DNA of 64,000 nucleotides from Gemmatimonadales bacterium (lineage in GTDB: Bacteria; Gemmatimonadota; Gemmatimonadetes; Gemmatimonadales; GWC2-71-9): contig DATEGE010000143.1 in assembly GCA_035280265.1 (NCBI GenBank), forward strand, positions 2,307-66,306, written 5' to 3'. Within the stretch, counting starts at the first letter, position 1; each line of letters starts with the position of its first letter. A model generated the notes under the pieces. The model was not told the DNA's origin. It made no database searches and saw nothing but the letters and a program-made list of their open reading frames with translations. A program made the position numbers and the translations under genes. This document shows, piece after piece, positions 35,468 through 43,475 of the stretch.

Positions 35468-37272
35468 CACCGCAGCCCCAAGCGCATTTACCTCGACCGG
35501 TGCACCACGAGCCTCCCGCCCACGCGCCCAACGCGGCGCTGCTGATCGATTTCGACAACGTGACCATGGCGATTCGCTCCGATCTTCAGACGGAGCTGAA
35601 GCGCCTGCTCCAGTCGGAGATCATCCGCGGCAAGGTGGCCGTACAGCGCGCGTACGCAGATTGGCGGCGCTACCAACAGTACGTCGTACCCCTCGCGGAG
35701 TCGTCGATCGATCTGATCTTCGCGCCGGCGTACGGCTCCAACAAGAAGAACGCCACCGACATCCGGCTCGCGATCGACGCCCTCGAGCTGGTGTTCACGC
35801 GACCCGAGATCGGAACGTTCATCTTGCTGTCGGGCGATTCCGACTTCTCGGCGCTGGTGTTGAAGTTGAAGGAGTACGGCAAATACGTGATCGGCGTCGG
35901 GATCCGCGAATCCTCGAGCGACTTGCTCATTCAGAACTGCGACGAGTACTACTCCTACAACGAGCTCGCTGGATTCACCAAGGAGAGCGACGTCACCTAC
36001 GAGCGGCACGATCCGTGGGAGTTGGTGGTCGAAGCGGTCAAGCAGATGACGGCCCATAACGACGTGATGCGCTCCGATCGCCTGAAGCAAGTGATGCAGG
36101 AGATCGATCCCACGTTCAACGAGAAGGACGTCGGGTTCTCGCGCTTCTCGAAGTTCGTGGTAGAAGCGGCCCACAAGGGTCTCATCAATCTCACCAAGCT
36201 CGACAACGGGCAATACGAGATCGGCCTCGGCCCCGGTGTGCCGGGCGCCGCGGCACAGCCGGCGGCGGTGGCCGCTGCGGCCCAGGAGCGCCCGCGCGAG
36301 CACGCGCGCGGTGAGGGCCGTGAGGGCCGTGAGGGTCGTGGGAGCCGTGGCCGTAGAGCAGGGTTCTCGCTGGACGGGGCGTTCGGCCTCATCAAGCAAG
36401 CGATCGGACGCCTGGGCGGGGATGCTCGCCCGGTGAGCGCTCAAGAGCTCGGCGAGGCCATGGCCGAGATAAAGGGCGAGGATCAACCGGTCGAGCCGGC
36501 CCAGGTGCAGAAGCTGTTGCGGCAGGCGCACGACCGCGAGCTGATCGATCTCTCGAAAGAAGACGATGGCGCGTACACCGTGAAGCTGCGAGACGAGACT
36601 CCCGCCCCCGCCCCCGCCGCTCCCGTGGCGAGCGACGCGGACGAAGCGCTCGATCCGCCGATGCCGGAGTCGTCGGCGCCGCCCTCCATGCGGCCCGCGA
36701 ACGCCCCGACGGGCGGCATGCCGTCGCGCTCCGCCCGGTTCCGCCGGGGCTCTCGCGGACCGCGCGTGCCGCCTCCTGGCGTGCCCAAGATCGGGGTCGT
36801 CGAGGTCGACCCGAACTTCAAACCTCGTATCGAGCTGCTCCCACCCAAGCCACCGTCCGTCCCGGCGCCATTCGGGGGCGAAGCTGGGAGCTCCCAGACG
36901 GCTACGGAGGACGACGAGCGCCGGGAGCGCAGTGGGTCACGTGGTGGCCGTGGTCGCGGTGGGGGCAGGGGCCGGAGTCGTGGCGACCGGGAGCACGCCG
37001 ACGTGAGCGATCGTCCTGAGCGGGGAGAACGCGGCGGCCGCGGGCGCCGCGGTGGTCGTGGACGCGGTGGCAGGGGCCGCGGTGCAACTGAGCGCAGCGA
37101 CCCGCGCGAACCGTTCGAGCCCCGCCCCCGGGCTGCCGCCGCCGAGCCGTCGCCCCCCCCGCCGCTCCCGCCCCCGCCCGCACCAAAGCCGCGGGAGAGG
37201 GAGCCGGATCTCGAGAACGACGGTGAGTCATTCTGGTCCAAGGTGAAGCGCGGACTCACCGGCGGGGCGTGA
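35464..37272 (+). CDS. NYN (LabA-like) nuclease-fold domain + two OST-HTH/LOTUS-like domains + Pro-rich and RGG-rich tail
   Basis: ATG 35464 (ATGA overlap). ALLIDFDNV...[10 protein letters not shown]...[27 protein letters not shown] (NYN). ...[22 protein letters not shown] (OST-HTH). C-terminal [18 protein letters not shown]...[17 protein letters not shown]. Confidence 0.75.
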   Translation: MTPQPQAHLPRPVHHEPPAHAPNAALLIDFDNVTMAIRSDLQTELKRLLQSEIIRGKVAVQRAYADWRRYQQYVVPLAESSIDLIFAPAYGSNKKNATDIRLAIDALELVFTRPEIGTFILLSGDSDFSALVLKLKEYGKYVIGVGIRESSSDLLIQNCDEYYSYNELAGFTKESDVTYERHDPWELVVEAVKQMTAHNDVMRSDRLKQVMQEIDPTFNEKDVGFSRFSKFVVEAAHKGLINLTKLDNGQYEIGLGPGVPGAAAQPAAVAAAAQERPREHARGEGREGREGRGSRGRRAGFSLDGAFGLIKQAIGRLGGDARPVSAQELGEAMAEIKGEDQPVEPAQVQKLLRQAHDRELIDLSKEDDGAYTVKLRDETPAPAPAAPVASDADEALDPPMPESSAPPSMRPANAPTGGMPSRSARFRRGSRGPRVPPPGVPKIGVVEVDPNFKPRIELLPPKPPSVPAPFGGEAGSSQTATEDDERRERSGSRGGRGRGGGRGRSRGDREHADVSDRPERGERGGRGRRGGRGRGGRGRGATERSDPREPFEPRPRAAAAEPSPPPPLPPPPAPKPREREPDLENDGESFWSKVKRGLTGGA

Positions 37273-37853
37273 GCAAGGCGGCGCTCCCCGCGTCGTTCTA
37301 CGCGCGACCCACTCCTGAGGTCGCGCGTAGGCTTTTGGGACACATCCTGGTCAGTCGGGTCGGCGGCCGCTGGACCGCTGGACGGATCGTCGAGACGGAG
37401 GCCTATCTCGGGACGCCGGACCCCGCGTCCCACGGTTATGGCGGCCGACGCACCCGTCGCAACGCCAGTCTGTTCGCCACCCCCGGCACGGCGTACGTCT
37501 ACTTCACCTACGGAATGCATTGGTGTCTCAACGCCGTGACCGAGCGCGCCGGCGTTCCGACGGCAGTGCTGATACGCGCCCTCGAGCCGCTCGAAGGGTT
37601 CGCGATCATGCGCCGCCGCCGCGGCGCCGTCCCCGATCGAGAGCTGTGCTCCGGCCCCGCAAAGCTATGCCAGGCGCTCGGCGTGACGGGGCGGGAAGAC
37701 GGGATCCCACTCACGAGTGGCCGGTTGCGAGTGCTCAGGCCCGATTTGCGACAGCGTTATGCCATCACTACGACACCACGGGTCGGCATCACTCGCGCGG
37801 CCGACTGGCCGCTGCGCTTCGTGATCAAGGATTCCCCATGGGTCTCCCGCTAA
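37269..37853 (+). CDS. mpg: DNA-3-methyladenine glycosylase (Mpg/AAG family)
   Basis: FYARPTPEVARRLLG...IVETEAYLG..DPASHGY.GRRTRRNASLF..PGTAYVYFTYGMHWCLN. GTGA overlap with the upstream gene. Confidence 0.9.
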   Translation: MSKAALPASFYARPTPEVARRLLGHILVSRVGGRWTAGRIVETEAYLGTPDPASHGYGGRRTRRNASLFATPGTAYVYFTYGMHWCLNAVTERAGVPTAVLIRALEPLEGFAIMRRRRGAVPDRELCSGPAKLCQALGVTGREDGIPLTSGRLRVLRPDLRQRYAITTTPRVGITRAADWPLRFVIKDSPWVSR

Positions 37854-38977
37854 GATTGCTGTTCGTGCTCCAACAAGCGCCCGCTCCCCCCGCCCCGACT
37901 CCCTTTCTGATTGTCGACGGTCACATCGATACTCCACAGCGCATGCTCGATATGAGGACTGACATATCGGCGCGCCTCCCGGACGGTCACGTGGACGTGC
38001 CGCGGATGCGTGCGGGGGGACTCACCGCGGCGTTCTTCTCGATCTGGGTGGATGCGCGGTACGGACGCCGCACCGCCTTCCGCCGGGCGCTCGATCTCAT
38101 CGCGGCGGTTCGGGCGCTCGCCGACACGAATCCTGAGGTCGAGCTCGCGACCACAGCGGACGGGGTTCGGGCGGCGGCGGCGCGCGGCCACATCGCGGCG
38201 CTCATGGGAGTCGAGGGGGGGCACGCGATCGAGAACTCATTGGCGAAGCTCGACTCGTTGTACCGACTCGGCGTCCGCTACATGACGCTCACCTGGAACA
38301 ACGGCAACGACTGGGCCGGCTCGTCCACGGATGTGCGGCGCAACGGCGGTCTCACCGCGTTCGGCCGCCGCGTGGTGCGGCGCATGAACGAGCTCGGAAT
38401 GCTGGTGGACGTCTCGCACGTGTCGGACGCGACGGTGCGCGATGTGCTGGCGACCACCACCCGACCGGTGATCGCATCGCACTCGTCTTGCCGGGCGCTT
38501 TCCCACCACCCCCGCAACTTGACCGATGACCAGCTGCGCGCCATCGCGCAGAACGGAGGCGTCGTCGGGATCAACTTTTATCCGGTATTCCTGGACGACC
38601 ACTTCCGTGCCCAGTACGAAGAGCTGCGACGCCGTCTCGGGCCTGAAATCGACTCGATTCGGGCCCGCTACCGCGGGCGGCCCGGCGAGTCCGCCTTCGA
38701 AGTCGACAAGTTCGTGGGCGCCAGCGCGGCGGAGCTCGATGTCCCCACCATCGACCGCCTGGTGGACCACATCGAGCACGCTGTCCAGGTGATGGGAATC
38801 GACCACGTGGGGCTGGGGAGCGACTTCGACGGGATCAGCGTGCTCCCGGTGCCCCTGAAGGACGCGTCGTCATTGCCCGAGCTTGTGCGGGCGCTCGCCG
38901 CCCGCGGCTTCTCAGACGCGGACGTGCGCAAGATCCTCGGCGAGAATTTCCTGCGCCTGCTTAGTAGCGGTCCGTGA
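37838..38977 (+). CDS. membrane dipeptidase (peptidase M19, renal dipeptidase family)
   Basis: IVDGHIDTP, GVEGGHAIENS, YMTLTWNNGNDWA, VDVSHVSD, GLGSDFDG. ATG 37838 inside ORF 37520..38977. Confidence 0.88.
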   Translation: MGLPLRLLFVLQQAPAPPAPTPFLIVDGHIDTPQRMLDMRTDISARLPDGHVDVPRMRAGGLTAAFFSIWVDARYGRRTAFRRALDLIAAVRALADTNPEVELATTADGVRAAAARGHIAALMGVEGGHAIENSLAKLDSLYRLGVRYMTLTWNNGNDWAGSSTDVRRNGGLTAFGRRVVRRMNELGMLVDVSHVSDATVRDVLATTTRPVIASHSSCRALSHHPRNLTDDQLRAIAQNGGVVGINFYPVFLDDHFRAQYEELRRRLGPEIDSIRARYRGRPGESAFEVDKFVGASAAELDVPTIDRLVDHIEHAVQVMGIDHVGLGSDFDGISVLPVPLKDASSLPELVRALAARGFSDADVRKILGENFLRLLSSGP

Positions 38978-40208
38978 TCCCTTCCTTGGCGGACCCGAAG
39001 GAGTAGCGGATGCCGCCCTGGAAGGTGTGTGTCGTGCCTTGGATCAGGAAGCGCGCTGCCGCCGATGTCAGGATGTAGTGGCCGTACAGCGCCAGCCGTC
39101 CCTGCTTGATGTCGATCCCGCCCATCAGCCAGAAGAACGCCTTGGTCGCAGCGGCGTCCGCCTCATCCTGGAGCTGGCTGAACTGGGCGCCTACGCAGCT
39201 GACGCAGCTGACCTGGACGTTGAGCGCTTCCATGAGGGCGAAGCCCCCACCCCCGAACGGCTCCACTCGCAGCTGCGCGGGGAAGGCGAGCACGCCGACC
39301 ATGATGCGGCGCAGGTTGTTGAACTGCACGTTGCCGGGGTTGACGGTCCCATCCGGCTCGACGATGGTCACGTGCCGGGGGCTGATGAAGAACGACTGCT
39401 CGTACGACGTGTACAGCGCCGTTTTCTTGCCGGTGATCAGCCAATGACCGCCGAAGCTGGGCTCGAAGGAGTAGCTGTCGAAGTTGGTGCGAAATATGAA
39501 GATACCGGCTTCGCCGCCCCAGTACCACTTGTGTTGCCAGTCGCTCGAGCGCTGCTCGAAGCTCGGGCCGCCCCGGGGCCGGACCACCGGCACATGACCA
39601 CCCGCGGCCACGATCGAGTCGCGCTTGGCCTTGGGAATCTCCGGCTGCTCGACTTCCTTGGGTCCCCCTCCGCCGCCGATGAAGAACGAGAGGCCAGCGG
39701 ATCCCGTGACGTGGCCCACCCACAGATGGGTTAGGCAGCAGTCCTTAGGCGTGTAATAGGCGCGGGCTTCCAGCCGTAGAGCCATGTGGTTCCCAATGAA
39801 GAAGCGCTCGCCGATTCCTCCATGGACGGCATGGTTGTAGAAGTTGTAGGGGGCGTTTACGCCCATGTCGGCATGGGTGTACCCCGCCAGCACGTACAAC
39901 ACGCTTCCGCTACCGCCCCCGTTGATCACAAGGCTGGCGCTCCCGAGTCGGACCTGAGTGTGGTCCACGCCTGGAAGGGGGTTCTTCAACAGGGGGTAGG
40001 AGACGTTTCCGTCGATTTCGAGCCCAATGTAGTCGTTGAGGAAAAACCCGATCCGGCCGCCCCCGCCAAACTGGTTCTTGAGCTCAAAAGCGCGGTCGTA
40101 CCGCGTGAACGTGCCATAGCCGCCGAACTCGATCTGGTGGGCATGTTGCGCGCTCAGCGACGCGGCCACGCCAGCCAGGAGCACGCCGATCACCGTCACT
40201 ACCCGCAT
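38961..40208 (-). CDS. outer-membrane beta-barrel protein (porin/OmpA-barrel-like), function unknown
   Basis: Signal MRVVTVIGVLLAGVAASLSAQ, alternating-hydrophobic strands (FGGYGTFTRYD, GRIGFFLNDYIGLEIDGNVSY) and an aromatic C-terminus. Confidence 0.6.
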   Translation of the reverse strand: MRVVTVIGVLLAGVAASLSAQHAHQIEFGGYGTFTRYDRAFELKNQFGGGGRIGFFLNDYIGLEIDGNVSYPLLKNPLPGVDHTQVRLGSASLVINGGGSGSVLYVLAGYTHADMGVNAPYNFYNHAVHGGIGERFFIGNHMALRLEARAYYTPKDCCLTHLWVGHVTGSAGLSFFIGGGGGPKEVEQPEIPKAKRDSIVAAGGHVPVVRPRGGPSFEQRSSDWQHKWYWGGEAGIFIFRTNFDSYSFEPSFGGHWLITGKKTALYTSYEQSFFISPRHVTIVEPDGTVNPGNVQFNNLRRIMVGVLAFPAQLRVEPFGGGGFALMEALNVQVSCVSCVGAQFSQLQDEADAAATKAFFWLMGGIDIKQGRLALYGHYILTSAAARFLIQGTTHTFQGGIRYSFGSAKEGITDRY

Positions 40209-40350
40209 GGGACGACTCCCAGGATCGCGTTCAGAGGGGAAAAAACGCCACCCAAAATAGGGAGTTTGTCTGGAAAACGCGATACCCCTTCGCTTTAAGC
40301 CTCTGACTCTTGAAATTACTTGAAGGTATCCCGAATAGATACCGAAAATC

Positions 40351-41550
40351 TCACACCAGACCCAACGTCTTTCCCACCCGCTGGAAGGCGGACAGGGCGA
40401 AGTCGAGGTCCCCACGGCTATGGGCAGCCGAGAGCTGGCAACGGATACGGGCGTGCCCCTGTGGCACTACGGGGTAGCCGAACCCGGTCACGAAGACTCC
40501 CTCGTTGAGCAGCAGCTCGCTCATGCGGATCGCTTTCGCGGTATCGCCCAGGATCACGGGCACGATGGGAGTGTCGCCGGGAAGGGGCTTGAAGCCGAGG
40601 GCCACGAGCCGCTCGCGGAAGTAGCGGGCGTGCTCGTGTAGCCGGGTGACGAGTTCTGGGTGGCGCTCCACGTGGCGCACCGCCGCCAACGCGCTGGCGG
40701 CGACGGTGGGGGGGAGGGCGTTCGAGAACAACTGGGGCCGTGACCGCTGGGTCAGGTAGTCCGCAAGGGCCGCGGGGCCGGCGGTGAAGCCGCCCGCCGC
40801 GCCGCCCAGCGCCTTGCCTAATGTCGAAGTGATGATGTCGACGTCTCCCAGCATGCCGTAGTGTTCCGCGGTGCCGCGACCCGAGCGGCCCAGCACACCG
40901 GTGGCGTGCGAATCGTCCACCGCCACCGTCGCCCCGTATTTCCGTGCCAGCGCTACGATGTCGGGGAGCTTCGCGATTTCTCCCTCCATCGAGAACACGC
41001 CATCGGTGAAGATGAGCGTGAGACGGGGATGCATGGCTGTCGCGCCCCGCAGCTTGTCTTCGAGATCGGCCATGTCCGCGTGGCGGTAGACCACCGTCTG
41101 ACATTTCGTGATCGCCTTCGCGAGACGAACGGAGTCGATGATCGAGGCGTGGTTCAGCTGGTCCGAGATGACGATGTCCTGCTCGCCCAGCAGGGTCGGG
41201 CAGAGCCCCTCGTTGGCATTCCAGCAACTGACGTATGTGAGTGACGACTCACACCCGACAAATCGCGCCAACGCCTCTTCCAGCTCCCGGTGGATTGTGA
41301 ACGTGCCGCAGATGAACCGGACAGAGCCGGTGCCGGCGCCGAACCGGTCGAGCGCCTGCTTCCCCGCGGCCACCACCTCCGGCTCGTTGCACAGGCCGAG
41401 GTAGTTGTTCGACGAGAGAATCACGACCTCGCCGCGTCCCTCCATCCTGGTTCTCGGGGCCTGCGGCTGTTCGAGGTAGTTGAGTTGCTTGTAGACGCCG
41501 TCCCGTCGGAACTGCGCGAGCTCAGCGTCGAGCCGGGCGGCAAAGCTCAT
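40351..41550 (-). CDS. kbl: glycine C-acetyltransferase (2-amino-3-ketobutyrate CoA ligase)
   Basis: SSNNYLGL, GTGSVRFICGT, DDSHATGVLG, STLGKALGG (PLP lysine). ATGA overlap with tdh. Confidence 0.92.
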   Translation of the reverse strand: MSFAARLDAELAQFRRDGVYKQLNYLEQPQAPRTRMEGRGEVVILSSNNYLGLCNEPEVVAAGKQALDRFGAGTGSVRFICGTFTIHRELEEALARFVGCESSLTYVSCWNANEGLCPTLLGEQDIVISDQLNHASIIDSVRLAKAITKCQTVVYRHADMADLEDKLRGATAMHPRLTLIFTDGVFSMEGEIAKLPDIVALARKYGATVAVDDSHATGVLGRSGRGTAEHYGMLGDVDIITSTLGKALGGAAGGFTAGPAALADYLTQRSRPQLFSNALPPTVAASALAAVRHVERHPELVTRLHEHARYFRERLVALGFKPLPGDTPIVPVILGDTAKAIRMSELLLNEGVFVTGFGYPVVPQGHARIRCQLSAAHSRGDLDFALSAFQRVGKTLGLV

Positions 41551-42575
41551 GGGATCTCCAGGATGATCTTGCCCGCGTCGCCCGCGCGGATGGCCGCGAG
41601 GGCCTCGTCGATCTTGCCGAGGGGGAACTGATGCGTGATCACCGGCGTGGGATCGAGCAGGCCGGCCGTCAGGTAGCGCCGCATCTGATGCCACGTTTCG
41701 TACATCCTGCGGCCGATCACGCCGTACACGGTGATTCCCTTGAAAATGATCTCATTCGCGAAGTCGATCGGGACCTGACCCTTGGGCAGGCCGAGCAATT
41801 GGACGCGCCCCCCCATGCGAACCGCGGCGAACGCCTGGTGCAGCGCGGACGGCACCCCGGACATCTCGCATACCACATCCGCGCCTTCGCCGGCGGTTTC
41901 GTCGAGCACCGCGCGCACGACGTCTTCTTGGCCGGCATTGACGACCCGGTGCGCGCCCATGCGCTGCGCCAGTGCCAGCCGCTTGGCGTTCACGTCCGAG
42001 GCGATCACCCGGGCGGCACCGGCGGCGCGCGCGATCCCCACGGCGAAGCAGCCGATCGGGCCGCACCCCACGACCAGCACGGTGCTGCCGGGCACGTCCG
42101 CCGTCAACACGGTGTGAAACGCGTTGCCCATCGGGTCCATGACCGCGCCGACGGTCGTGGGAATACCGTTGAGCGGCAAGACGTTCGTCGCCGGCATCGT
42201 GATGTACTCGGCGAACGCGCCGTTCAGATCCACCCCGATGATTCGGGTGTTCTTGCAGATATGCCCGTTGCCGGTGCGGCACTGGAGACAGTGCCCGCAC
42301 ACGATGTGGCCTTCCGCGGTCACCAGCTGTCCCGTCTTGAGCCCGGAAACGGCATCGCCCACGGCCACGATCTCGCCGGCGAATTCGTGGCCCACGATCA
42401 CGGGGGGGTGGAGGCGCCCCTGTGCCCACGGATCCCAATCGGCGATGTGCAGGTCGGTGCCGCACACGCCGGCGTGGCGCACGGCGATGAGGACTTCACC
42501 GGGCCCGGGCGCCGGCTTCGGCATGGTCGCGACCTTCAAGCCGGGGGCGCGCGTCTCTTTGACAATGGCTTGCAT
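41547..42575 (-). CDS. tdh: L-threonine 3-dehydrogenase
   Basis: Zn-ADH fold: AGVCGTDLHI, GHEFAGEIV, CGHCLQCRTGNGHIC, VVGCGPIG. Operon with kbl. Confidence 0.9.
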   Translation of the reverse strand: MQAIVKETRAPGLKVATMPKPAPGPGEVLIAVRHAGVCGTDLHIADWDPWAQGRLHPPVIVGHEFAGEIVAVGDAVSGLKTGQLVTAEGHIVCGHCLQCRTGNGHICKNTRIIGVDLNGAFAEYITMPATNVLPLNGIPTTVGAVMDPMGNAFHTVLTADVPGSTVLVVGCGPIGCFAVGIARAAGAARVIASDVNAKRLALAQRMGAHRVVNAGQEDVVRAVLDETAGEGADVVCEMSGVPSALHQAFAAVRMGGRVQLLGLPKGQVPIDFANEIIFKGITVYGVIGRRMYETWHQMRRYLTAGLLDPTPVITHQFPLGKIDEALAAIRAGDAGKIILEIP

Positions 42576-42582
42576 GTAGTTC

Positions 42583-42610
42583 CGGGATGCGGGATGCGCG
42601 ATGCGGGACG
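42583..42610. repeat. four tandem CGGGATG heptamers in the SDR-tdh spacer
   Basis: CGGGATG CGGGATG CGCGATG CGGGACG. No inverted partner seen nearby. Confidence 0.85.
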
Positions 42611-42612
42611 TG

Positions 42613-43404
42613 CTAGAAGATGGATCGCGTGAACCCGCCGTCCACCTGCAACGCGGCGCCGGTAATATAGCTGGCGCGCTCCGACGCCAGAAACGTGACG
42701 GCGGCCGCCAGCTCGTCGGTCCGCCCCATCCGTCCGAGCGGGATGCCCCCGACCATTTCCCGCATCACCTCCTGCGACGCGCGCTGCTCCCGCTTGGCCC
42801 GCGTCTCGGTCAGCTCCGCGATGCGCTCCGTCGCAATGAACCCTGGGCACACGACATTGACGGTGATGCCCTCGGCCGCGACTTCGTCGGCCAGCGCCTT
42901 GGCGAACCCCAGGACGCCGGCGCGCGCCGTCGTGGAGAGAATCAACCCGGGGAGCGGCTGCTTGGCCGCGACCGACGCCAGGCAGATGATCCGGCCCCAC
43001 TGGAGCTTGCGCATGAGCGGCACCGCCGCGCGGGCGAGATGGATCGTGGACAACAGGTTCAGCTCCACCGCGCGGTGGAACGCCTCGGCGGTCTGATGGC
43101 TGAACGGGGCGGCCGGCGGGCCGCTGGCGTTGCAGAACAGCACGTCCAACCGCCCCAGCTCGTGGTGCACGCGTTCGACGAGGCCTTCCGCCTGGGCGGG
43201 AACTCCTACGTCGGCGACGAAGGGCGACACACGCTCACCAGTCTCGGACGCAAGCTCCCGGGCAGTGTGCTCGACCGACTCGTTGTGCCGGCCGTTCACG
43301 GCAACGCGAGCGCCCTCCTGCGCCAGTGCCTTCGCCACCGCGCGACCCAATCCTTTGGTGCTTCCGCAGACCAGTGCGACGCGGCCCGCGAGACCGAGAT
43401 CCAT
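42613..43404 (-). CDS. short-chain dehydrogenase/reductase (SDR) family oxidoreductase
   Basis: [19 protein letters not shown] (TGxxxGxG-type), NASG, and an S...Y/K catalytic region. Confidence 0.85.
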   Translation of the reverse strand: MDLGLAGRVALVCGSTKGLGRAVAKALAQEGARVAVNGRHNESVEHTARELASETGERVSPFVADVGVPAQAEGLVERVHHELGRLDVLFCNASGPPAAPFSHQTAEAFHRAVELNLLSTIHLARAAVPLMRKLQWGRIICLASVAAKQPLPGLILSTTARAGVLGFAKALADEVAAEGITVNVVCPGFIATERIAELTETRAKREQRASQEVMREMVGGIPLGRMGRTDELAAAVTFLASERASYITGAALQVDGGFTRSIF

Positions 43405-43475
43405 GGGGGCTCCGAATCTACGCCCCGGCCTGCGGATGGGTTAGGTCGAGGCTGCCACTTCAATTGCGCATTCGA

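Noticed and set aside
40209-40350. Relatively AT-rich 140-nt region upstream of the OMP gene, with a GGTATC-TATTCGG-GATACC stem-loop, as a possible sRNA or riboswitch.
   Set aside because: It is adequately explained as the kbl terminator-like stem plus the promoter and leader of the OMP gene. No recognisable riboswitch core motifs were seen.
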